Positions 38,288 through 47,547 of a stretch of DNA of 64,000 nucleotides are shown here, piece after piece. Positions within the stretch are counted from its first letter, which is position 1. The number at the start of each line of letters is the position of its first letter. Made by a program: the position numbers and the translations under genes. The stretch lies in assembly GCA_035289925.1 (NCBI GenBank), contig DATDVR010000005.1, positions 112,916-176,915 on the forward strand, in the 5' to 3' direction. The notes under the pieces were generated by a model. The model saw only the letters and a program-made list of their open reading frames with translations, searched no databases and was not told the origin of the DNA. This DNA comes from Candidatus Nanoarchaeia archaeon. GTDB lineage: Archaea; Nanobdellota; Nanobdellia; SCGC-AAA011-G17; DATDVL01.

Positions 38288-38617
38288 ATGAAATGTATAA
38301 TGTGTAACAAGGGAGAATTAAAAGAAAAGAGTATAGATTACAAAGAGTTTGGAGTTTCATTAGGAAATTTCAAGGGAAATATTTGCAACAACTGCAACGA
38401 AATCTTCTTTGACAGCAAAACTGCAAAATTAATACAGGCAAAGTCAAAAGAATTAGGATTGTTTGGACTGACAAGGAAAACTAAGGTAGCGCAAGTTGGA
38501 AATAGCTTAGCAATAAGGATACCTAAAGAGATTGCTGATTTTGTTAAGCTGAAGAAAGAGGAAGAAGTAAAAATAGTGCCAAAAAACAAGCATGAAATAA
38601 CCATTGAATTCGCGTGA
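38288..38617 (+). CDS. YgiT-type zinc-finger + SpoVT/AbrB-type DNA-binding domain protein
   Basis: MKCIMCNKGEL…CNNCNE zinc finger, then an AbrB-like swapped hairpin (KVAQVGNSLAIRIPKEIADFVKLKKEEEVKIV). Confidence 0.55.
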   Translation: MKCIMCNKGELKEKSIDYKEFGVSLGNFKGNICNNCNEIFFDSKTAKLIQAKSKELGLFGLTRKTKVAQVGNSLAIRIPKEIADFVKLKKEEEVKIVPKNKHEITIEFA

Positions 38618-38624
38618 GATTAGA

Positions 38625-40043
38625 ATGAACTATAATGAACTTGGATTCAAATGCGGATTGGAATGCCATCAGCAGTTAGAAGGAAGAAAATTATTCTGTC
38701 ATTGTCCTACTTTAGTAAATGACGATAGTAAACCTGATTTAGTAATCAAAAGAAAATTAAGAACTACTGCAGGTGAAATGGGTAAGATAGATGAAACTGC
38801 TAAGTTTGAAATGAAAAGAGATAGAAGATTCATTTATGAAGCTTGTTCTACTTCTAGTTGTTTGATTGAGCTGGATGAAGAACCTCCATTAGAGGTAAAT
38901 AAAGAAGCTTTAGAAACTGCATTACAAGTTGCTTTATTGACGAATTCTAAGATTGTTGATGAAATACAATTTATGAGAAAAACTGTTATAGATGGAAGCA
39001 ATGTTTCGGGATTTCAGAGGACAGCGTTAATTGCAGTTGATGGAGAGATTAAAACTTCTAAAGGAATAGTAAAAATACCAACAATTTGCTTGGAAGAAGA
39101 AAGTGCAAAAAAGATAACTGAGAATGAGAATGAAGTTTATTACAGATTAGATAGATTAGGAGTGCCATTAATTGAAATTGCTACTGATGCAAGCTTAAAA
39201 GATTCAGAACACGCTAAAGAAGCTGCAGCAATAATTGGGATGATATTAAGGAGTACTGGAAAGGCGAGGCGTGGTTTAGGCAGCATACGTCAAGATGTTA
39301 ATATAAGCATAAAAGGACATCCAAGAGTTGAGCTCAAAGGATTTCAAGATTTAAGAAGCATTCCTATAACTGTTGAGAATGAAGTTAAAAGACAATTAGA
39401 AAATTTAAAGAAGAAAGAATTGAAAAGTGAAGTAAGAAAAGTAAATCCTGATTTTACCTCTACATTTTTAAGACCTATGCCTGGCGCATCACGTATGTAT
39501 GTAGAAACTGATACCAAAACTATAAAGATTACAAAAGAAATAACTTCTAAAATCAAGATTCCTGAATTATTGACTGAAAAAGCAATCAAACTAGAGAAAA
39601 AGTATAAATTGAATCCTGATTTGGCAAGGGAGGTTATTGAAGTTCCTTACTTTGAAGAATTTGCTTCTAAGTTTAGAATTGAACCAAACTACATTGCGCA
39701 AGTTTTAGTTGAGATTCCTAAAGAATTAAAGTCAAGATTCAATGTTGAAAGCTACAATTTGAAACAGACAGACTTTTACTTTGTTTTGAATGCATTGAGT
39801 GAAGGTAAAATTTCTAAAAGCGCTGTTCTAGATATATTAAAAGAACTGGCACAGGGAAAGAAGGTTGTATTGAATAATTACAAGGTTGTAGATGACAAGC
39901 AGTTAGAGAACCATATCAAGGAAATATTAAAGAAAAATCCTGGAGCTCCTTTCAATGCTTTGATGGGAGAGGTAATGAAGCAGCTCAAAGGAAAAGTTGA
40001 TGGAAAGAAAGCATCTGAATTGATAAAGAAATTATTGAAATAA
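38625..40043 (+). CDS. gatE: Glu-tRNA(Gln) amidotransferase subunit E (short, GatB-length form)
   Basis: N-terminus …LGFKCGLECHQQLEGRKLFCHCPT is the GatE/GatB signature; adjacent to gatD. About 472 aa against typical GatE of about 620. Alternative start at 38604. Confidence 0.7.
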   Translation: MNYNELGFKCGLECHQQLEGRKLFCHCPTLVNDDSKPDLVIKRKLRTTAGEMGKIDETAKFEMKRDRRFIYEACSTSSCLIELDEEPPLEVNKEALETALQVALLTNSKIVDEIQFMRKTVIDGSNVSGFQRTALIAVDGEIKTSKGIVKIPTICLEEESAKKITENENEVYYRLDRLGVPLIEIATDASLKDSEHAKEAAAIIGMILRSTGKARRGLGSIRQDVNISIKGHPRVELKGFQDLRSIPITVENEVKRQLENLKKKELKSEVRKVNPDFTSTFLRPMPGASRMYVETDTKTIKITKEITSKIKIPELLTEKAIKLEKKYKLNPDLAREVIEVPYFEEFASKFRIEPNYIAQVLVEIPKELKSRFNVESYNLKQTDFYFVLNALSEGKISKSAVLDILKELAQGKKVVLNNYKVVDDKQLENHIKEILKKNPGAPFNALMGEVMKQLKGKVDGKKASELIKKLLK

Positions 40044-40078
40044 TAAAGTTTATATAAGGAATTAAAGGAACTAACACT

Positions 40079-41830
40079 ATGATTAGAACTCATAATTGTG
40101 GCGAGCTAACAGGAAAACATATTGGAAAACCAGTAGTTTTACAAGGATGGGTTCATAAAAAAAGAGATCATGGTGGGCTTATATTTGTAGATATTAGGGA
40201 CAGGTATGGAATTACGCAGGTAGTATTTGAACCTAAAGACCAAAAAATATTCAAGCAAGCTCATTCGCTAGGCAGAGAATGGGTAATTGAAATTGATGGA
40301 AAAGTAAGGAAAAGACCAAAAGGAACAGAAAATAAAGAAAGACTAACGGGGGAAATTGAAGTAGAAGCAAGCAAATTAAAAATATTAAGCAAATCCGAAG
40401 TCCCTCCAATAGAAATTGATGATAATTTACAGACCTCTGAAGATGTAAGACTAAAATACAGGTATCTTGATCTAAGAAGACCAGTGATGCAGAAAAACTT
40501 AATTTTAAGAAATGAGATAATAAAGATAACAAGAGAATTTTTTCATAATAATGGCTTTCTAGAAATTGAAACTCCAATCCTTGTAAAGTCAACGCCTGAG
40601 GGAGCAAGAGATTACTTAGTTCCTTCAAGAGTCCATCCTGGAAAATTTTACGCCTTGCCACAATCACCGCAGATGTATAAACAATTATGCATGATAGCGG
40701 GATTGGACAAATATTTTCAGATAGCAAGATGTTTCAGAGATGAAGACTTAAGGGCAGATAGACAGCCAGAATTCACACAACTAGATGTAGAAATGAGCTT
40801 TGTTGATAAAGAAGATGTTTTTGATGTAGTAGAAAGATGGTTGAAAGAACTTTTCAAAAAAGTAATGAAAAAAGACATAAAAATTCCATTCAATAGAATT
40901 TCTCATAAAGAATGCATGGAAAAATATGGATGCGACAAACCAGACTTAAGATTTGGGTTAGAATTGCATAATGTAAGTAAAATAGTTTCAAAGTCTCAAT
41001 TTAAAGTATTCAATCAAGAATTGGTTGTAGCCTTGCCAGTTGCAAAAGATTTTACAAGAAATGAAATAGAAGAACTCACAGAATTTTCTATGCAGCTTGG
41101 AGCCAAGGGATTGACATGGATAAAGTACAAAGATGGCAAAATAGAGTCATCAATTGCTAAATATCTTTCAGAAAAAGAAAAGACCGAACTTATAAAAGAG
41201 CTAAAGCTGAAAGATGGTTATACTGTATTTTTTGTAGGAGATAGGAAAAAAGTTGTTTATGATGTTTTGTCTAAATTGAGAGTTGAGATTGGAAAAAGAT
41301 TAAACTTAATAAAGAAAGATCAGTTTGAATTTTCTTGGGTTTTAGATTTTCCATTATTTGCTTGGAGTGAGGAAGATAATGGATTCACTCCAGAACATCA
41401 TCCATTCACAGGTATACATGATGATGATGTTCATCTTCTTGATGACAAGAAAAGATTAGGGGAAATCAGATCTAAATCTTACGACTTGGTACTTAATGGT
41501 ACTGAATTATGCTCAGGTTCTATAAGGATACATGATAGCGAAGTCCAAAAGAAAATATTTGACTTGATAGGAATAAGCGAGGAAGATGCAAAGAAAAGAT
41601 TTGGATTCTTTGTTGAAGCCTTAAAATATGGAACGCCACCACATGGTGGAATAGCCCCTGGAATAGACAGACTTGTTATGCTTTTAGCTCGTCAAGAGTC
41701 TATAAGAGATGTAATTGCATTTCCAAAAAACAAATTTGCTGAAGCTACAATGGAAGATTCTCCTTCAGATGTGCCTGACAAGCAACTAAAAGAGTTAAAT
41801 ATAAAGTTAGATTTGCAAAAAAAGAATTAA
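40079..41830 (+). CDS. aspS: aspartyl-tRNA synthetase, bacterial-type (with GAD insertion domain)
   Basis: OB-fold N-terminus (LQGWVHKKRDHGGLIFVDIRDRYG), motif 2 FRDEDLRADRQPEFTQLD, GAD domain, motif 3 GGIAPGIDRLVML; 583 aa. Confidence 0.9.
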   Translation: MIRTHNCGELTGKHIGKPVVLQGWVHKKRDHGGLIFVDIRDRYGITQVVFEPKDQKIFKQAHSLGREWVIEIDGKVRKRPKGTENKERLTGEIEVEASKLKILSKSEVPPIEIDDNLQTSEDVRLKYRYLDLRRPVMQKNLILRNEIIKITREFFHNNGFLEIETPILVKSTPEGARDYLVPSRVHPGKFYALPQSPQMYKQLCMIAGLDKYFQIARCFRDEDLRADRQPEFTQLDVEMSFVDKEDVFDVVERWLKELFKKVMKKDIKIPFNRISHKECMEKYGCDKPDLRFGLELHNVSKIVSKSQFKVFNQELVVALPVAKDFTRNEIEELTEFSMQLGAKGLTWIKYKDGKIESSIAKYLSEKEKTELIKELKLKDGYTVFFVGDRKKVVYDVLSKLRVEIGKRLNLIKKDQFEFSWVLDFPLFAWSEEDNGFTPEHHPFTGIHDDDVHLLDDKKRLGEIRSKSYDLVLNGTELCSGSIRIHDSEVQKKIFDLIGISEEDAKKRFGFFVEALKYGTPPHGGIAPGIDRLVMLLARQESIRDVIAFPKNKFAEATMEDSPSDVPDKQLKELNIKLDLQKKN

Positions 41831-41878
41831 CTTTTCATAAGCTTTATATATAAGTAACCACTTCTCAAAGGTATCAAA

Positions 41879-42811
41879 ATGGAAAGAACACTAATTGACC
41901 AACTGCATGAGAAAAATGGTAATGAAGTTCAATTATACGGTTCTGTTTCAAAGGTTAGAGATTTAGGCAAAGTCGCTTTCTTGGTTTTTAGAGACAGAAA
42001 AGGAGTTACTCAAGTAGTTATTGACAAAAATAAGATACGAAAAACTCCCGTTGTAGGAAGCTTCTTGAAACTTGAAGGCATTGTCAACCATGATTCAAAA
42101 TCCTCCCATACCTGTTGTGATCACTGGGTCCCAAAGAACATTTCATGATAAAGACTCAGATGCAAAAAATAACTTCTTAGATGCACTCACCGTTGCTGCA
42201 AGATGGAGATTACCTGGATTTTATATTGTTTTTAAAGAAAGAATTATTCAAGGAGAATACGCAAGCAAGGCTTCAACAACTTCACTTGACGCTTTTAGAA
42301 GTGTGAATCACCAGGATGCAGGATATATTAATCAACATAAGCAATATATCCATTATACAAACATTAAAAGAACAACAAACCCTAATACCAAATTTGTTCT
42401 TCAAACAAAAATCGACAATGCAGTCAAAGTTGAACACCTTGTACCTGGATACGAACTAAATGGCTTGACAATATTATTGAAGACGAGAACATTCATGGGG
42501 TCGTAATTGAATGTTTTGGGCTTGGGGGTATACCTAGCAGGGTTGATGAAATTGCCAAAAGAGGATTAATGGAAGTGATTTTAAGAAATAGTGGAGATAA
42601 AAAGAAAGAAAAGCCTATTGTTGTAAGAACTCAATGTCCTGAAGGATTGACGGATCTTGGAGAATATGAAGTTGGAAATTGGGCCAAAATTGAAGGGCTT
42701 ATATCTGTAGATGATATGACTTTAGAGAAAGCTACTTTTAGACTGAAATGGTTGCTTGGGCAAGGTTATGATACTAGTACAATAAGGAGAAAGTGGAATC
42801 CTAGGTATTAA
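41879..42811 (+). pseudogene. degraded gatD/asparaginase paralogue: OB-fold fragment + two asparaginase-domain fragments in shifted frames
   Basis: ORF 41879 (OB-fold like the AspRS/AsnRS N-terminus), ORF 42072 (PVVITGSQR…DSDA…LDAF, aligns to the GatD middle) and ORF 42569 (aligns to the GatD C-terminus) lie in frames 2/0/2. The catalytic TGGT N-terminus is missing. Confidence 0.55.
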
Positions 42812-42854
42812 TAGCAACATTTAAAAATATAAACGCGTGTTCTAAAATATCTTT

Positions 42855-43088
42855 TTGGTGATTATTGTGGATGAGAAACAGATAGAAAAGCAAGCAAAGG
42901 AAATAATGGACAATTTCTTCTCAGTACTTTCTAAAGTCAAAGAAATTGAAAAAGAAGAGAAAGGAGAAGAAGCAATAAGGGATGCAAAGATTGAAAAATC
43001 AAATGAAGAATTTAGGAGCCTTTTTTTTAACATAGCAGTTAAAAAAGATGGAGACTTCTTTATTGCAGAAAAAGCAAAATGGAAATAA
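42855..43088 (+). CDS. gatC: putative GatC subunit
   Basis: 77-aa acidic protein overlapping the gatA start; C-terminus …KDGDFFIAEKA resembles the GatC …EDGYFRVPK. Weak similarity; the call rests mainly on position. Confidence 0.5.
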   Translation: MVIIVDEKQIEKQAKEIMDNFFSVLSKVKEIEKEEKGEEAIRDAKIEKSNEEFRSLFFNIAVKKDGDFFIAEKAKWK

Positions 43089-44434
43089 TAGAAAAAATAA
43101 ATAAACTAAAGGAAGGAACCCTTACCCCTGTAGAGAATATAAGACAATTTATTGATAAAATAAAAAAAGAAGATAAAAAAATAAACTCATTTTTACATAT
43201 AAATGAAAATGTATTAAAGGAAGCAGAGCAAATTCAGAAAAATAATTTTAAAGGTCCACTGTATGGGTTGGCAATTGCCGTCAAATCCAATATAAATGTC
43301 AAGGGATTGAAAACTAACTGCGCTTCTAAGACATTGAACGGATATATCTCAACATATGATGCTGATGTAATAAAAAAAATAAGACAAGCTGGTGGGATAA
43401 TAATAGGAATGACAAATTGCGACGAATTTGCTTCAGGTTCTTCAGGAGAGAATTCTGCATTCGGTCCAACACAAAATCCAGCAGCATATGGAAAAATACC
43501 TGGAGGTTCATCATCTGGAAGTGCTGCGGCGGTTGCAGCAGGATTCTGTGATTTAAGCATTGGATCAGATACTGGAGGAAGTGTAAGAAACCCAGCTTCA
43601 CATTGCGGGATTATTGGGGTAAAGCCTAGTTATGGTCTAGTTTCAAGATATGGATTAATAGACTTAAGTATGAGCCTTGACCAGATAGGTCCTTTTTCAA
43701 AAGAAGTTTATGGTTCAGCTTTGCTCTTAGATGTAATAAAGGGAAAAAGTGACTATGACGCTACAACAATTGAATCAAAAGATTCACATTCAAAAAAAAT
43801 TAATGATGCCAAAAAATTAACTATTGGTGTAAGCAGCGACCTGATTAAGTTGTGTAAAGACAAAGATATAATAAAGATATTTGAAAACAAAATAAAAATA
43901 TTAAAAAAAATGGGTTTTAAAATAAAAGAAGTAAAATTAGAACACACAAACTTGGCAGTCCAAGCTTATTATATATTGGTATACGTTGAATTTTTCTCAG
44001 GAACAAGAAAGTTTGATGGAAGAAAATACGGGTTAAAGATTGAAGAAAGCTGTGGAGAAGAAGTTCTCAGAAGAATTGTTGGAGGAAAAGTAATAACAAA
44101 AGCAGAATATAAAGGAGCTTATTACAAAAAAGCTTTAGCAACTAAAGAACTCATAAGAAAAGATTTTATGAAAGCATTCAATGAAGTTGATGTAATCTTG
44201 TGTCCCACAGTTCCAAAATTGCCCCATAAGATAGGTGAGAAAATAGGAATTGAGGAGATGTATGCTTATGATGCCCTCACTATCCCCGCAAATCTAGCAG
44301 GTATATGCGCTGGGTCAATAAAAGCAGGAGAAATTGATAAAATCCCTATTGGGATACAAGTTCTTGCTGCACCATTTGATGAAATAAAAATGTTTAAAAT
44401 AATGAAGGTACTTGAAGATGAAAATAGGGCTTGA
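43079..44434 (+). CDS. gatA: Asp-tRNA(Asn)/Glu-tRNA(Gln) amidotransferase subunit A
   Basis: Amidase signature GGSSGGSAAAVAAGF…GSDTGGSVRNPAS. Confidence 0.9.
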   Translation: MEIIEKINKLKEGTLTPVENIRQFIDKIKKEDKKINSFLHINENVLKEAEQIQKNNFKGPLYGLAIAVKSNINVKGLKTNCASKTLNGYISTYDADVIKKIRQAGGIIIGMTNCDEFASGSSGENSAFGPTQNPAAYGKIPGGSSSGSAAAVAAGFCDLSIGSDTGGSVRNPASHCGIIGVKPSYGLVSRYGLIDLSMSLDQIGPFSKEVYGSALLLDVIKGKSDYDATTIESKDSHSKKINDAKKLTIGVSSDLIKLCKDKDIIKIFENKIKILKKMGFKIKEVKLEHTNLAVQAYYILVYVEFFSGTRKFDGRKYGLKIEESCGEEVLRRIVGGKVITKAEYKGAYYKKALATKELIRKDFMKAFNEVDVILCPTVPKLPHKIGEKIGIEEMYAYDALTIPANLAGICAGSIKAGEIDKIPIGIQVLAAPFDEIKMFKIMKVLEDENRA

Positions 44435-45788
44435 GATCCACACTTATCTAAATATGGAGAAAAGCAAGGCAAAACTTTTTTGCAACTGTCCAGCAGAAAA
44501 CATAGAATCAACACCAAACACAAATATCTGCCCTATTTGTACAGGAATGCCGGGATCAAAACCCATGCTCCCAAATAGAGAGGCTTTGGAAAAAGTCATA
44601 GCAATAGCTTCTATGCTAAAATGTAAGATAAATAAAAGTTTAATAATACAAAGAAAGCATTATTCATGGCCAGACTTACCTAACGGATATCAAAAAACTA
44701 TGTCTGGTCCAAGCGTATTGCCTGTAGGAATAAATGGTGAACTAAAAGGCATAAAAATTTGGGGTGTTCATCTTGAAGAAGATCCTGCAAAATGGGATCC
44801 TGAGACAGGAAGGGTAAACTACAATAGGTCTGGACTTCCTTTAGCCGAAATTGTTACAGCTCCGGATTTGAAATCTGCTGAAGAAGCAAAAGAATGGTTG
44901 AGAAGCTTAGTTGTATTGCTAAGCTACATAAAAGCCACTTCTAGAAATGTTTCTATTAAAGCTGATGTAAATATAAATGTTGAAGGACATCCAAGAGTTG
45001 AAGTAAAAAACATAAATTCATTTAAGAACATTTGTTTAGCAATTGATTATGAAGTAAAAAGACAAAACAATTCAGTAAAAAATAAAGAAGAATTGATACA
45101 GGAAACAAGAGGTTTTGATGAAGATAAAAATATTACTTTTCACATGAGATACAAAGAAAGTGCAGAAGACTATAGATTTATACCAGAGCCAGACTTGCCA
45201 ATAATTTTCTTAAAAGACAAAACAATAAAAGACATTCAAGACAAGTTACCAAAGACGCCAGAGGAAAAAATAGCTAAATACAAACAAAAATACAAGCTTA
45301 CCAACGTTCAATCAACAACTTTAGCTTCTGAGCTTATATTAGCAGACATATTTGATGAAGTAATAAAAAAAGTAAACCCTTCATTAGCTGCAAACTGGAT
45401 TACTATGGACTTATTAAAACTATTTAAAGAGCAAGAGCCAGAACAATTTGATATTGATGTTCGGGAATTCACAAAAATATTAGAGTTGCTTGACAAAAAA
45501 AAGATAACTGATAAAGTTACTAAAGACATGGTAAGGAAATTACTTTGGAAAAAAATAAGTGTTAAAGATTATCAAAAGAAATTTGGCATTGAAAAAGTTA
45601 GTGATGCAAAAGTTCTTGAACCTTTATGCATCGATGTAATAAAAGCAAATCCAAAGGCTGTTGAAGACTACAAAAAGGGTAAAAAAGAGGCTTTCAATAG
45701 TTTGATGGGGCAAGTTATGGAAAAAACAAAAGGCAAAGCATCTTATGAAGAAGTGATAAAAATAATTAACAAATTACTTAAAAAATGA
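44412..45788 (+). CDS. gatB: Asp-tRNA(Asn)/Glu-tRNA(Gln) amidotransferase subunit B
   Basis: N-terminus KIGLEIHTYLN…KLFCNCP, tail domain …NSLMGQVMEKTKGKA. Confidence 0.9.
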   Translation: MKMKIGLEIHTYLNMEKSKAKLFCNCPAENIESTPNTNICPICTGMPGSKPMLPNREALEKVIAIASMLKCKINKSLIIQRKHYSWPDLPNGYQKTMSGPSVLPVGINGELKGIKIWGVHLEEDPAKWDPETGRVNYNRSGLPLAEIVTAPDLKSAEEAKEWLRSLVVLLSYIKATSRNVSIKADVNINVEGHPRVEVKNINSFKNICLAIDYEVKRQNNSVKNKEELIQETRGFDEDKNITFHMRYKESAEDYRFIPEPDLPIIFLKDKTIKDIQDKLPKTPEEKIAKYKQKYKLTNVQSTTLASELILADIFDEVIKKVNPSLAANWITMDLLKLFKEQEPEQFDIDVREFTKILELLDKKKITDKVTKDMVRKLLWKKISVKDYQKKFGIEKVSDAKVLEPLCIDVIKANPKAVEDYKKGKKEAFNSLMGQVMEKTKGKASYEEVIKIINKLLKK

Positions 45789-46246
45789 ACGTAGTTGAAT
45801 CTATTAAAAGACTTCTTGAAAAAAATAACATTAATTACAAGTATTTTAAGCATGAACCAACTCCAACTTCAGAAATAGCTGCTAAAGTAAGGGGTGTTGA
45901 TTTAGCTAGTGGAGCAAAAGCAATGGTATTAAGATACAATGGAAATTTCTGCATGTGCGTTCTAAGAGCAACTGAAAAAATTGACTTCAAAAAAATGAAG
46001 AAAATATTAGATACTGGAAGCATAAGCTTTGCAACTGCGGAAGAAGTGAAAAAGGTAACTAACTGCATTCCAGGAGGTGTTCCTCCTTTTGGGAATCTAT
46101 TTAAAATTCCAGTTTATGCTGAAAAACAATTATTTAACAACGAGATAATAAACTTCAATGCTGGAACTCAAACTCAATCTATACAAATGAAGGCTGCAGA
46201 CTGGAAAAATGTAGTTAATCCAGTAGTTAAAGAGTTTGCGCAGTAA
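45785..46246 (+). CDS. YbaK/ProX-type aminoacyl-tRNA deacylase
   Basis: …GAKAMVLRY…CIPGGVPPFG… matches the YbaK/ProX editing-domain pattern. Confidence 0.7.
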   Translation: MNVVESIKRLLEKNNINYKYFKHEPTPTSEIAAKVRGVDLASGAKAMVLRYNGNFCMCVLRATEKIDFKKMKKILDTGSISFATAEEVKKVTNCIPGGVPPFGNLFKIPVYAEKQLFNNEIINFNAGTQTQSIQMKAADWKNVVNPVVKEFAQ

Positions 46247-46317
46247 GATTTACTCCTTAACTGACATAAATTTTAAACCAAAATCTTTATTAAGCACTTC
46301 TTGTTTTTAATCAGATT

Positions 46318-47145
46318 ATGGAAATTGATGACTTTTTGCAGGAGAAGAAAGCTCACGAGGCTAAAGAGAGATTAGAGGAAGCCAAAAGGAAACTAAGAGA
46401 AGAAAAAGAAAGGCTCAAGGAAGAGCAAAGAAAACTTAAGGAGGGCAATAAGTCAGCAAATAATTCTGAAGATAAACCAGCAAAAGAGCCTGGCGAATAT
46501 GCATTGAAGCCATGGATGCTATGGGATTTAATGATTCTTGCACTAGTTGCAATATTTTTTGTAATAGCTATGCTGTATCCTAAGGGTGCTGCAGGAGTAT
46601 CGAGAGAAGACACTTTGAAGATAATTGACGAAAAGACAGCAAAAATTGATGAACTTACCAAAACAGTTGACACTTTAAAAGAAGACGTAAGAAAATTAGG
46701 AGCAACTCCGATTGATGCAACAAGCGGGCAAGAATTGGACAAAGAGGTAAGAGATGCTTTGATAACAAGCGCAGACACTCCTAAAGGACTATCAGACTTC
46801 ACAATAAAAATTGAAGACAGTGCAGGAAATGAAGCAACTGGCGGCACTATAGAAGCAAACGGCACTGAAATAAAATACAAGGTAATTGTACAGAATCTTG
46901 AAACAAAAGACTTGAAATGCAAGGTAAACAAAATCATTGACAATGGAAGTCCTTCTGAAATAGGCTATTTCCATGTAGACAAAGTGGCAAAGGAAACCTT
47001 GACACAGGATTATACTAAGAAAGGAACTAGCCAGCTGAAATATAGTGCAAAATGCGCGTATGCAAAGCTTGAAGTTGAAAAATGGGTTGAAACTAGCGAC
47101 TATTCAAAAGAGCTTGATGCAACGCTAGAATTAATATTGCATTAA
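46318..47145 (+). CDS. membrane protein with N-terminal coiled coil and extracellular domain
   Basis: Charged coiled coil, one TM (LMILALVAIFFVIAML), C-terminal domain. Confidence 0.5.
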   Translation: MEIDDFLQEKKAHEAKERLEEAKRKLREEKERLKEEQRKLKEGNKSANNSEDKPAKEPGEYALKPWMLWDLMILALVAIFFVIAMLYPKGAAGVSREDTLKIIDEKTAKIDELTKTVDTLKEDVRKLGATPIDATSGQELDKEVRDALITSADTPKGLSDFTIKIEDSAGNEATGGTIEANGTEIKYKVIVQNLETKDLKCKVNKIIDNGSPSEIGYFHVDKVAKETLTQDYTKKGTSQLKYSAKCAYAKLEVEKWVETSDYSKELDATLELILH

Positions 47146-47342
47146 CCAGAATCGTCAGAAAACTTTTCTTTGATTTTTTCAGGCAGAGACAATGCTCCGT
47201 CAATTATGGTGTTGCCAGCCTTCTTGCTGACATCTAAAACTGACTTGCCTGTCGTGTCCAAGGCTATCTTAGCCTGATCTGGATAGAAATACAATGCAAA
47301 TAAAAGAAATAATAAAACCAAAATTATTATGGTTTTAATCAT
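47142..47342 (-). CDS. small secreted/membrane protein
   Basis: 66-aa ORF with N-terminal hydrophobic segment; ATGA overlap with the upstream small gene. Confidence 0.4.
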   Translation of the reverse strand: MIKTIIILVLLFLLFALYFYPDQAKIALDTTGKSVLDVSKKAGNTIIDGALSLPEKIKEKFSDDSG

Positions 47343-47485
47343 TTTTTGCCTAATATTCTAAAAACTGTTGTACCGCATTTGCCGCAAACACCTTTCATAG
47401 CCTTCATTCCATTCTTCATAGTAACTTCCTTACCATTCTGAATTTGAACTGATGTTCTGCACTTCATGCATCTTCCTTCAGCCAT
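47339..47485 (-). CDS. small zinc-ribbon protein (48 aa), not in ORF track
   Basis: Manual translation MAEGRCMKCRTSVQIQNGKEVTMKNGMKAMKGVCGKCGTTVFRILGKK with two CxxC pairs; stop overlaps the start of the next gene (ATGA). Confidence 0.45.
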   Translation of the reverse strand: MAEGRCMKCRTSVQIQNGKEVTMKNGMKAMKGVCGKCGTTVFRILGKK

Positions 47486-47547
47486 TATTTCACATCCTTT
47501 TGGTTAATCATAGATAAAATTAAGTTAAATACTATAAAGGGGGATAT

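Noticed and set aside
42842-43033. ORF 42842..43033 (-)
   Set aside because: It is antisense to the putative gatC, which is positioned canonically upstream of gatA.
46353-46974. ORFs 46353..46943 (-) and 46792..46974 (-)
   Set aside because: They are antisense to the coiled-coil membrane protein; Ser/Leu-rich low-complexity translations.
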